DNA of 62,002 nucleotides. It comes from Oscillospiraceae bacterium. GTDB lineage: Bacteria; Bacillota; Clostridia; Oscillospirales; UBA929. A program made the position numbers and the translations under genes. This document shows positions 8,159-16,033 of the stretch, piece by piece; within the stretch, counting starts at the first letter, position 1; every line of letters starts with the position of its first letter. The DNA is taken from contig JAIRUE010000100.1 in assembly GCA_031254575.1 (NCBI GenBank), positions 1-62,002 on the forward strand. Direction: 5' to 3'. Below the pieces are notes generated by a model that saw nothing but the letters and a program-made list of their open reading frames with translations, ran no database searches and was not told the DNA's origin.

Positions 8159-8401
8159 ATGTCAATCATCCGTGATACAAATGGTAATATGGTAAGCCGC
8201 GCCGAGGACGGGCACTTGCGCGATCTCTATGGCAACTGGACAGGCGACCTTCGCGGCAATCGTCTGTATGACACTGGGGGGAATTACATAAGCGAAATGC
8301 GCGGCGACCAACTCTATGACCAGTACGGCAACCGGCAGGGTGAAATGCGGGGAAATCAGTTCTACGACGTGTACGGGAATCGAAAATATTCGGTGGAGTG
8401 A
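8159..8401 (+). CDS. 80-aa tandem beta-hairpin-type repeat protein (YD-like x[YR]Dxx GN units)
   Basis: The internal ATG at 8159 has GAAGGAGG upstream. The sequence runs IRDTNGNMVSRAEDGH / LRDLYGNWTGDLRGNR / LYDTGGNYISEMRGDQ / LYDQYGNRQGEMRGNQ / FYDVYGNRKYSVE. Confidence 0.65.
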   Translation: MSIIRDTNGNMVSRAEDGHLRDLYGNWTGDLRGNRLYDTGGNYISEMRGDQLYDQYGNRQGEMRGNQFYDVYGNRKYSVE

Positions 8402-8414
8402 AAAGGTGAATGAT

Positions 8415-8534
8415 ATGAAGAATAGTATACTGTGCGGAAAAGACATTTATCCAGGTCAAGATGCAGAACATCCTGGCTATTGCAGTTGGACATGCCACAA
8501 TCGCCACCAATATGAAGGTGCCAAGCCTCAATGA
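8415..8534 (+). CDS. 39-aa Cys/His-containing small protein
   Basis: MKNSILCGKDIYPGQDAEHPGYCSWTCHNRHQYEGAKPQ. It starts 14 nt after the previous stop, with AAAGGTGA as SD. Confidence 0.4.
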   Translation: MKNSILCGKDIYPGQDAEHPGYCSWTCHNRHQYEGAKPQ

Positions 8535-8570
8535 GGACTAATATACCGCACTAATGTCATTAAGAGTTGA

Positions 8571-8837
8571 TTGCCGCAAATATCGCCCGACCAATTGCCA
8601 CATTTATTACGTCATAAATATGGCAATGACACAAAACTAAAGAAAGACGAGGTACGAGCAATGGCAAAGTCAGTACCGGAGATCGAAATGGAACTCAAGG
8701 AACTGCAATCAAAAAGAGCGCATTTTGCAATGGTATATTCGGGAAGAAAGAGAGAAGAAATGTTGTACATGATTGATTGCAAGGTGGATAGGCTTGAAGT
8801 AGAAAAGCAAAGGCTGATTAGAATGTTAAGAAAATGA
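8571..8837 (+). CDS. hypothetical coiled-coil small protein
   Basis: The ORF starts at a TTG with a weak SD. An alternative ATG at 8661 has GAGG 8 nt upstream and would give 58 aa. The C-terminal half has a heptad-like charged pattern. Confidence 0.45.
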   Translation: MPQISPDQLPHLLRHKYGNDTKLKKDEVRAMAKSVPEIEMELKELQSKRAHFAMVYSGRKREEMLYMIDCKVDRLEVEKQRLIRMLRK

Positions 8838-8906
8838 GAAATGCAAAAAAATTATCCGAGCAGACAATCGGTTCTATACCAACCAAACAGGAATGGAGTG
8901 CTTAAC

Positions 8907-9716
8907 ATGGCAGACTACGAAAAAATGGACACCCCCGAGGTACAGCGTCTCGCAAAGCAGGGAGACAAGGACGCGCTGTATGAAATGGCGTGGCGGATGG
9001 CCCCTGATGTCCAACGCGATCCGGTAGAAAGCTGCGCTTGGCAGGATTATTGGTTTGAAAAAGCCGCCGACGCAGGGAATGTCGTAGCCAAACGCAGATA
9101 TGCCCGTTCCTTGATTGACCGCGTGATGAACGCCGAAGACCGCCAAAAAGCTCTGGGATATTTTCAGAGCCTTTCGGACGATTATGACGCCGGCATACTT
9201 TCTGGGGAACAACGGGAAGAAGGTATTATAGGTAAATTGTGGTTAGGCGTTATGCTCTGTGAGGGCTATCATACACGGCGCGACGCGGTCAAAGGATCGG
9301 AGCTTATTCAAACCGCAGATAAATTCTACAACGGATTTGAGGGTTTCGGATTTGGGGTTATGTCCAAAATTGGAGAGTTATACGCATCAGGCTTGGCGCA
9401 ACCCGGAGAAGAACCATCTGTCGCAGATTTAGAGAAAGCCATAAAGTACCTCGACATTGCTGTTAAGCGATTTAATCCCGAAAGGGACGACCCCAATAAC
9501 CGGGGATTCCTGCAACTCACGAAAGAGCAGCTTGAAAATCAGAAAAAGCGGATCGTAAACAAAATGTCGATGGGGGACGATAACACCACCTTTTCTGGCG
9601 CGGGTGAGCGGCGGAGACAAATGATGGAAATATCAGAGCCGGCACGGCAACGAATGGAAGCCGACAAAGCTGCGTTAACACGCTTACGCCAAAGGCTTAC
9701 ACGTGAAGGCTGGTAA
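8907..9716 (+). CDS. Sel1-like / TPR-like repeat protein
   Basis: ATG at 8907 (MADYEKM). Repeated A..GD.DA.Y.MAW and EKAADAGN..A..RYA helical-repeat signatures. Basic coiled-coil tail. Confidence 0.65.
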   Translation: MADYEKMDTPEVQRLAKQGDKDALYEMAWRMAPDVQRDPVESCAWQDYWFEKAADAGNVVAKRRYARSLIDRVMNAEDRQKALGYFQSLSDDYDAGILSGEQREEGIIGKLWLGVMLCEGYHTRRDAVKGSELIQTADKFYNGFEGFGFGVMSKIGELYASGLAQPGEEPSVADLEKAIKYLDIAVKRFNPERDDPNNRGFLQLTKEQLENQKKRIVNKMSMGDDNTTFSGAGERRRQMMEISEPARQRMEADKAALTRLRQRLTREGW

Positions 9717-9746
9717 AACACAAAAACACATTAGGAGGAATAAAGC

Positions 9747-10025
9747 ATGGCTAAGGATTTCAATGCGGCAGGAGAACTTATTGCTCTTGCTGAAAAGGAA
9801 CTTTTTACAGGTTCATTTAGCGAAAATACGATCAGGACAGATCTTGGGAGCAGGCGAGGGAAACGTGATTATTACATCCAAGAACTCGAAGAATGGAAAC
9901 GTAGTATTAACTCCGTCCTAGATGGTGTGCGTGAAGAACAAGCATGGGACACGGTGCTAATCTCAAGATGTGAAAAATGCAGAGATCAGGCTCAAAAAAT
10001 GCTTGACTATGTGCAAAGTCGTTAG
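9747..10025 (+). CDS. hypothetical protein (92 aa)
   Basis: AGGAGG at 9733-9738 lies 8 nt before the ATG. No family recognised. Confidence 0.55.
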   Translation: MAKDFNAAGELIALAEKELFTGSFSENTIRTDLGSRRGKRDYYIQELEEWKRSINSVLDGVREEQAWDTVLISRCEKCRDQAQKMLDYVQSR

Positions 10026-10145
10026 CACCAGGCCCTTACATCAACTCTTTGCACGAGAGCTTTGCTAATCACATTAGCAGTTTACTTGAAAAAACGATTG
10101 AGCCTTCGCTTTTTCGAGTTAAAGAAAACAGAAAGGGGTGTAAAA

Positions 10146-10274
10146 ATGGGAACACTGAGTAAGCAAGACGCTATCGCAGCTTATGAACGGATCCTTCGGG
10201 ATCCTAATAGCACTCCACAACAAAAAGCAATCGCTGAAATGGCATTAGTGTCATTGCGGGAAGAGAAAGATTAA
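10146..10274 (+). CDS. hypothetical 42-aa helical protein
   Basis: Internal ATG with GAAAGGGG upstream. Sequence MGTLSKQDAIAAYERILRDPNSTPQQKAIAEMALVSLREEKD. Confidence 0.4.
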   Translation: MGTLSKQDAIAAYERILRDPNSTPQQKAIAEMALVSLREEKD

Positions 10275-10400
10275 CACTTAAAACAGCATAATAAAACATT
10301 TTATGTAACGAAGATGGGCAAAGGGGGAAAAAGGCTCTTTTCCCCACCATCGTTCCTTGGGGGGAAGATAAGGGCAAGTCTCTTGTATGGAGGTTCAGAG

Positions 10401-10649
10401 ATGATAGAAGAACAAATCGTAGGCAAATGGAAATGGTACACTATCACTTATAATTTTCGCAGCGATGGTACATATGACTACGAAAACACGGATTCGGGGA
10501 TTAAGACAAATGGTAGGTATGCCATCTCAGGCGAGGAACTGATCTTTTTTATCAATTCTCCCGTCAGGTCAAAGTTTTCTTTGGAAGGTGATATTTTAAC
10601 AATCTACCCTAAAGAAGGAAATACTGCTACTTTTATGCGGATGACTTAA
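10401..10649 (+). CDS. lipocalin-like (Lipocalin_4-type) small beta-barrel domain protein
   Basis: ATG at 10401 with GGAGG upstream. The pattern GKWKW..ITYNFRSDGTY....G.Y.ISGEEL resembles lipocalin-like domains. Confidence 0.5.
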   Translation: MIEEQIVGKWKWYTITYNFRSDGTYDYENTDSGIKTNGRYAISGEELIFFINSPVRSKFSLEGDILTIYPKEGNTATFMRMT

Positions 10650-10739
10650 ACAATGGTATCTTTGAATAAGTGTTTCGCATACTTAGCACATCCTATATTT
10701 TTAATGAGGTGAATGACATAGCTCCAAATTTGGGATAAC

Positions 10740-10883
10740 GTGGAAAAGGCAAAAGAGAATATACTCTCTGGAAAGACTTGTGCAACCTGTGTGCATTGTA
10801 ATGACCCATATGGAGATTGTCCATATGAACCGAATCACAGATCGAAAAGACCCCCGTGTTGCCATAAATACCATGAACGGTAA
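10740..10883 (+). CDS. possible 47-aa Cys-rich microprotein (GTG start)
   Basis: Hand translation: VEKAKENILSGKTCATCVHCNDPYGDCPYEPNHRSKRPPCCHKYHER. Weak SD and no ATG, so speculative. Confidence 0.2.
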   Translation: MEKAKENILSGKTCATCVHCNDPYGDCPYEPNHRSKRPPCCHKYHER

Positions 10884-10993
10884 TCCTTCAAATACTTAAA
10901 TCTCTCTGCCCGCTGTCACGCGTTACACGCGCCATGTCTGCCGGTGTTTTTGGTTCAGCCGAAGATTTCGGGGTTGTGTATGCGTATAATCAT

Positions 10994-11025
10994 AAAGCCC
11001 GTACTAATGAACGTACGGGCTTTTT
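10994..11025. terminator. bidirectional intrinsic terminator
   Basis: Perfect 11-bp stem AAAGCCCGTAC/GTACGGGCTTT with an 8-nt loop, followed by TTTTT. An A-rich run on the other side lets it serve convergent transcription. Confidence 0.6.
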
Positions 11026-11170
11026 AGCGCATTATATCGGCGGTGTATTCCCGCTCTCGCCGAGTGAAACAGTGAAATGAAGATTCCTGTATTCATTCAA
11101 CCTCAATCCACCCCGCGCCCGCAACCGTATCCATAAAAATAGACGCCTCCTGTGTGGAGTTTCCCCGGCT

Positions 11171-11617
11171 TCATTCCATAAGTTCATTCGCCTTCCTTTT
11201 GTGAGCCGTGATGATGGTATAGCTGTGCGCGTTTATCGTGATTACCGAATCGTCCGTGTGTACATACCAGTTTTTGCCGCGCAGCAGGATTTCCTCTGCC
11301 AGTCCGATTCTTTGTCCGCACCAACCCGGGACGTCGCCGGTTTCCAGGCCAAGATTCCGCCGTATCCGCTCGACGCCTAATGTTGTCGTATGGAGCTTAT
11401 CGAAATTGTTTAGCAAGTCATTACCGCTTGTTATTGTTATCCCCCGGCCTCGTTCGCCTTCCGATTGATCAGCAGTTCTAAACCGCCTTTCCGCGATCAG
11501 CTCGTCGCCGGTCTTGATGACCTCGCCTCCGTATCTGCGCTGTAATTCCAGCAGGGCGCCTTCCAGCGCCTTTTCCCGTTCTTCTTCCCTCAGATTGCCC
11601 ATATCCTCCAGCGACAT
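11171..11617 (-). CDS. DUF3781-domain protein
   Basis: The C-terminal LHTTTLGVERIRRNLGL ... GKNWYV ... ITINAHSYTIITAHK matches my recollection of DUF3781. Confidence 0.6.
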   Translation of the reverse strand: MSLEDMGNLREEEREKALEGALLELQRRYGGEVIKTGDELIAERRFRTADQSEGERGRGITITSGNDLLNNFDKLHTTTLGVERIRRNLGLETGDVPGWCGQRIGLAEEILLRGKNWYVHTDDSVITINAHSYTIITAHKRKANELME

Positions 11618-11771
11618 CTGCCGGTAGAAAGCATAATTACTTCCGCATTCCCGCCAACGCGCAAGGCAGTACAGAAAACGAAGCTGCTATTCAGTATAGC
11701 ATGGCTGATCTGTATATTCAAGCCACGGTGACCGGGGCTTTTGTACGGCCGCAGAACCAAAACTAGTCCAG

Positions 11772-11869
11772 CCACTTGATTCTACGGGAAATCTATAATA
11801 TGATGGGATAAATACCAGTCCATTCGGGTTTATGATAAATATGGAAACTGGAAATATACGGTGGAGTAA
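11772..11869 (+). pseudogene. decayed paralogue of the 8159..8401 repeat gene
   Basis: One frame reads PLDSTGNL-stop-YD. After a 1-nt frame change the next reads WDKYQSIRVYDKYGNWKYTVE-stop. Compare FYDVYGNRKYSVE-stop at the end of the intact gene. Confidence 0.45.
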
Positions 11870-12017
11870 GGCATGAAGCGTTTTGTCAACTGTATTTTTA
11901 TTTATATGGACGCTAAACAGGCATTGAATAAAAGCGTAGCCTGTACTAATATATTCCTGTACACCTTTGGGCGATAAGGCGAACGAACAGTATTTATATT
12001 TTATTCAGGAGGAAATA

Positions 12018-12380
12018 ATGGCGAGTAATTTTGTTGTGCAGATTTTTGCGGAAAATTTAACTGAAACATTTGAGCATTATAAAAAAGCCTTTAACGCAGA
12101 CATACTTTTTGAGGGCAAGGCTGATAATGGCGATTTGATTCATCTTGAAATGAATATCATGGGTAATCGGATAGCTTTGTCGCCGCCGCTGCCATGCGGA
12201 AATATCAAGGGAAATATAACTGTGCTTTGCTTAAAGTTTCAACAAAAAGAGGCATTGCTGACGGCTTATAACATATTGCAAGAGGATGGTCATTCAAACG
12301 GGCTAAGCGAACTCCCTTGGAGCCCGCTGGAAGGTTATGTAACCGATAAGTACGGCGTGAATTGGTGTATCGGATTATAA
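12018..12380 (+). CDS. VOC (glyoxalase/PhnB-like) family protein
   Basis: ATG at 12018 with CAGGAGGA upstream. The C-terminal W....G.V.DKYGV.W is typical of PhnB-like VOC proteins. Confidence 0.65.
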   Translation: MASNFVVQIFAENLTETFEHYKKAFNADILFEGKADNGDLIHLEMNIMGNRIALSPPLPCGNIKGNITVLCLKFQQKEALLTAYNILQEDGHSNGLSELPWSPLEGYVTDKYGVNWCIGL

Positions 12381-12719
12381 GTATTATCTTCATCACGCCT
12401 TATTCCCCATAGGCGGTGAGTGCTTAATGTTGGGATGGGGTTTGGGTTTTAGCCGCCGGCAGGGCGCACGTACTTTGCCCCCGCTAACGGCGGGCGGATA
12501 GGGGCAAAGTACATAGTGCGTTAGCTGCTATGACAGGCATAGCAGAAAAGCCCCGGCGACTACCGCACCTCGACACGGTTTTACACTCCCGGTTTATGCC
12601 GGGGGCGTTATTTTTTGCCGCCATTGCGGCGGCGATCTCGGCCTGTTCAAAAAATGCAAATCCTGCGGGCAGAAGAATTAGTCCGGGCGTCACGCGCGCC
12701 ATGACCCTGCCGGGATATG

Positions 12720-13067
12720 TTATGGAATACAGGTTGTTATCTTATTGATGACATAATCATGTTCTTTGATATAGTGATTGACTGTTTTTGAATTAAAGGT
12801 GCCCGTACACATCACGCTGCAATGATTGAGCAGAGAAACAAGATCGTCGCAAAAACCGATAAACTGTCTGAGCCCTGATATGACTTCGGTTTTGAGCAGC
12901 GCTATGAAACCGTATTCGCCTAAATTGTTTTGGATCATTTCCAATTCGGAGCTTTTTTTATACAATTCGTCAAAGACAGATTTATAATGCTGCGTATTCT
13001 TCAGCAGAATCGTTTCGGCGTGGTCCGCAAGTATACCGGTCCAAAAGTGCAAATCGTTCAATTCCAT
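12720..13067 (-). CDS. DUF2935-like four-helix-bundle protein (tentative)
   Basis: ATG at 13067 (MELNDLHFWTGILADHAETILL). The FW..I..DH motif recalls DUF2935. AT-rich. The ORF-track TTG start at 13100 lies inside the ADH remnant. Confidence 0.4.
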   Translation of the reverse strand: MELNDLHFWTGILADHAETILLKNTQHYKSVFDELYKKSSELEMIQNNLGEYGFIALLKTEVISGLRQFIGFCDDLVSLLNHCSVMCTGTFNSKTVNHYIKEHDYVINKITTCIP

Positions 13068-13208
13068 ACTATAACCCCCGCAGGTGTCGCTGTAGCCCAA
13101 TATACCGCCCGCTTCGCCGTAGTCGTCTGAGTTGTCGCATTGGCTGTAAAGCTCGTGCTCGCAATAGTAACAATGGCCACAGGCGACCGGAAACGGAACG
13201 ATGACTCT
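13068..13208 (-). pseudogene. remnant of a Zn-dependent alcohol/formaldehyde dehydrogenase gene
   Basis: In frame upstream of 13067: RVIVPFPVACGHCYYCEHELYSQCDNSDDYGEAGGILGYSDTCGGYS. This carries the structural-zinc CGxCxxCx7C motif plus GY.D..GG. It is bounded by TGA at 13209-13211 and has no N- or C-terminal remainder. Confidence 0.6.
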
Positions 13209-13304
13209 TCATCGGCAAGACGCGGTTTACAACGTCCTGTCCGTATGGTATATTGAATACAAAAAAAGTTCATATGATGACATTTCTTGAACTGGTGGAA
13301 GGCA

Positions 13305-13937
13305 ATGGTTTATGAGTTATATCAAACCCTTCGCGCCCATTACGGCGATCTTCACTGGTGGCCGGCAAAGACGCCTTATGAAGTGATAGTAGGCGCGGTG
13401 CTGACCCAAAACACGGCGTGGAGCAACGTGGAAAAGGCCATCGCAAACTTCGGAGGCGAGCTCTCCCCCGAATATATACTTAACGCGGACATGCCGGAAC
13501 TGACAGATATTATCCGCCCCGCCGGATTCTTCAACCAAAAAGCGGTCTACCTGAAAGCCGTGACCGCGTGGTTTGCCGGGTATGGTTTCGACGCTGCCGC
13601 CGTCCGGCGCGAACCTCCGGATAAGGTGCGGGCCGAATTGCTTTCCGTAAAAGGGGTCGGAAAAGAAACCGCCGATTCGACCCTGCTGTACGCGTTCAAC
13701 TTTCCCGTTTTCGTGGTGGACGCCTACACCATCCGGCTCTGCGGACGCGTCCCGATAAGCGCCGGCAACGGTTACGACGCGGTCAAGGCGTATTTTGAGG
13801 CCAATCTTCCCCACAGTGAGGAAGTCTACAACAATTTCCACGCCCTGATCGTGATAAACGCCAAGGAACACTGCCGGAAGCGGAAACCGCTGTGCGGCGG
13901 GTGTCCCTTAAACGAACGGTGCGGAAAACGCTTATAA
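13305..13937 (+). CDS. endonuclease III-related HhH-GPD DNA glycosylase family protein
   Basis: VLTQNTAW.NV, the HhH-GPD region VKGVGKETAD, and a C-terminal Cx6Cx2Cx5C [4Fe-4S] loop (CRKRKPLCGGCPLNERC). Confidence 0.8.
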   Translation: MVYELYQTLRAHYGDLHWWPAKTPYEVIVGAVLTQNTAWSNVEKAIANFGGELSPEYILNADMPELTDIIRPAGFFNQKAVYLKAVTAWFAGYGFDAAAVRREPPDKVRAELLSVKGVGKETADSTLLYAFNFPVFVVDAYTIRLCGRVPISAGNGYDAVKAYFEANLPHSEEVYNNFHALIVINAKEHCRKRKPLCGGCPLNERCGKRL

Positions 13938-14462
13938 CGAACGATCGAACCATTCAGAGGCCAATAGGCCGTATGCATATGTATCCTGCCATATCGGGTA
14001 TCCGGCATTATCCTTCTTAAAATAAAGGTTCTGGAGCAAATGTCCCTCCCGGCGCATCCCCAATCGTTCAAGCAGCCGCCATGAGGGTTCGTTCAGCGGG
14101 TTGCACATTGCTATGATTCGGCGGGCGCTATGATTTTCAATCGCATTATCAATTACAGCCCGCGCCGCTTCCGTGGCATACCCATAACCCTGATAATCCG
14201 CATTGAATACATACCCCAATTCCCATGTGTCAAATTCTTGTTTTGAGAGATATATGTTGCCTATAAGTTTTCCGCGATCTTTTAAGCATACCGCATAAAA
14301 GTCGTTATCTTCCGACCGTCTGACCGCTTCCCGTTTGCTGGCTTCTTCGGTAAAGACTTCATACGGCTCATATTTGACAACAGATTCCTGCGAAAGATAC
14401 TCATGCAGATCCCGCCAGTCATCAGGCGCAAATTTCCTAATCAGTAAACGCTTTGTTTCCAT
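13932..14462 (-). CDS. GNAT N-acetyltransferase (RimJ/RimL-like)
   Basis: METKRLLIRKF..DDW..L, with QGYGYATEA in the acetyl-CoA motif A region. ATG at 14462 with GGAG 8 nt upstream. Confidence 0.8.
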   Translation of the reverse strand: METKRLLIRKFAPDDWRDLHEYLSQESVVKYEPYEVFTEEASKREAVRRSEDNDFYAVCLKDRGKLIGNIYLSKQEFDTWELGYVFNADYQGYGYATEAARAVIDNAIENHSARRIIAMCNPLNEPSWRLLERLGMRREGHLLQNLYFKKDNAGYPIWQDTYAYGLLASEWFDRSL

Positions 14463-14526
14463 GTTTACGCTCCATAGCATAATTTAACTGCGTTATACCC
14501 GCTCATCCGGCTGATATTTCAGAATC

Positions 14527-15351
14527 TTACGGACTTTTTAATTCCGGTATCGTCTCATTCATACTGCCCGTCCGGTATCCGAGCAGGTCGGACGCCACAT
14601 AGGTAAACCCTATCGTTTTGAACTCTTTGACAATCTCCTCCCGCAACGCCCGGTCCTCCAGCAGCCTAAACCCGTCTCCGTCCGTTTCGATACGGGCCAG
14701 ATTGCCGTGGTAACGCACCCGCACCTGATGAAAGCCCCTGTCGATCAGTAACTGCTCGGCTCTGTCAATCATGGACAACCGTTCCGCCGTTATCCTTTCG
14801 CCGTAAGGGAAACGGGATGAAAGGCAGGCGAAGGACTGCTTATTCCAGGACGGCAATCCCATCTCCCTTGAAAGCTCCCGAATCTCCTGTTTGCCCAGCC
14901 CCGCGTGGCGCAGGGGGCTTATGACGCCCTGTTCCCGCACGGCGATAATCCCCGGACGGTAATCCCCGTCATCATCCGTATTGGAGCCTTCCGCCACATG
15001 CGGGATCCCCTGCTCCCGCGCCACCGCCCATATTTTAGTAAACAGCTCGTTTTTACATAAGTAACAGCGGTTGACAGGGTTTTGCGAAAAGCCCTCTATA
15101 TCCAGTTCCTCCGATTCGCGGATAAAGTGGCGGATACCCTCCTTTTCGCAGAAACCGGCCGCCTCCCTCAACTCCCGTTCGGGAAACAAACAGGAGCGCG
15201 CGGTTATGGCAATGACCCTGTCTCCTAAAACCTCATGCGCCGTTTTCAGCAGGAAGGTCGAGTCAACGCCTCCCGAAAAGGCGATCGCGACGCTCCCAAG
15301 GCTTTGCAGATATTCCTTCAGCTCGGAATACTTCCCGCTCATCTCATCCAT
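14527..15351 (-). CDS. larE: ATP-dependent sacrificial sulfur transferase LarE (PP-loop ATP pyrophosphatase)
   Basis: PP-loop SGGVDST, and CLSSRFPYGERIT matching the LarE sacrificial-cysteine region. Confidence 0.8.
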   Translation of the reverse strand: MDEMSGKYSELKEYLQSLGSVAIAFSGGVDSTFLLKTAHEVLGDRVIAITARSCLFPERELREAAGFCEKEGIRHFIRESEELDIEGFSQNPVNRCYLCKNELFTKIWAVAREQGIPHVAEGSNTDDDGDYRPGIIAVREQGVISPLRHAGLGKQEIRELSREMGLPSWNKQSFACLSSRFPYGERITAERLSMIDRAEQLLIDRGFHQVRVRYHGNLARIETDGDGFRLLEDRALREEIVKEFKTIGFTYVASDLLGYRTGSMNETIPELKSP

Positions 15352-15381
15352 ATAGACCCTCCTATTATGCTCCGCCGCAGT

Positions 15382-15966
15382 TCACGGATTGTCATATACC
15401 CGTATTCCCTGTTCTTCCGCGCTGCGCATGGCGCATATGGTTTTTTCGATCAATTCATCCAATTCCCACCCGAGCATAGCCGCCCCGCGCTCAATGACTT
15501 CCCGGGAGCAGCCGGCGGCAAAATTCGGCGTCTTGTATTTCTTCTTTACCGACTTGACTTCCAAATCCATCACGCTTTTTGACGGCCGTATCAGGACGGC
15601 CGCGCCGATCAGGCCGGTCAATTCGTCTGTGGCATAGAGTATCTTTTCCATTGGATGCTCCGGCATAATATCGACGGTCAGAGCGTAACCGTGGCTGGCA
15701 ACGGCCCGGATCAGGCGCTCGTCCAACCCGCGGGCCCGCATGATTTCCTGTGTTTTGACACAATGCCGCTCAGGAAACCGTTCAAAGTCAAGGTCGTGCA
15801 GAAGCCCGGCAACGGCCCAAAAGTCGGCTTCCTCGCCGTAACCCTCTTCCCGGGCGAACCAGCGCATGACGCTTTCAACGATCCTGGCGTGTTTTAGGTG
15901 AAAATCCTCCTTGTTATACTCGGTCAGGAGTTTCCACGCCTCATCGCGGCTGATGGTCCCGCTCAT
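15382..15966 (-). CDS. HD-domain metal-dependent phosphohydrolase
   Basis: H...HD motif (LKHARIV ... GLLHDLD). ATG at 15966 with GAGGAGGG upstream. The longer ORF-track start is rejected. Confidence 0.75.
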   Translation of the reverse strand: MSGTISRDEAWKLLTEYNKEDFHLKHARIVESVMRWFAREEGYGEEADFWAVAGLLHDLDFERFPERHCVKTQEIMRARGLDERLIRAVASHGYALTVDIMPEHPMEKILYATDELTGLIGAAVLIRPSKSVMDLEVKSVKKKYKTPNFAAGCSREVIERGAAMLGWELDELIEKTICAMRSAEEQGIRVYDNP

Positions 15967-16033
15967 ATGGCACCCTCCTCTGTATGATTGAATTTTAGAC
16001 CCACGCGCAATGGCAGTTCGTAATACCGCTTCA

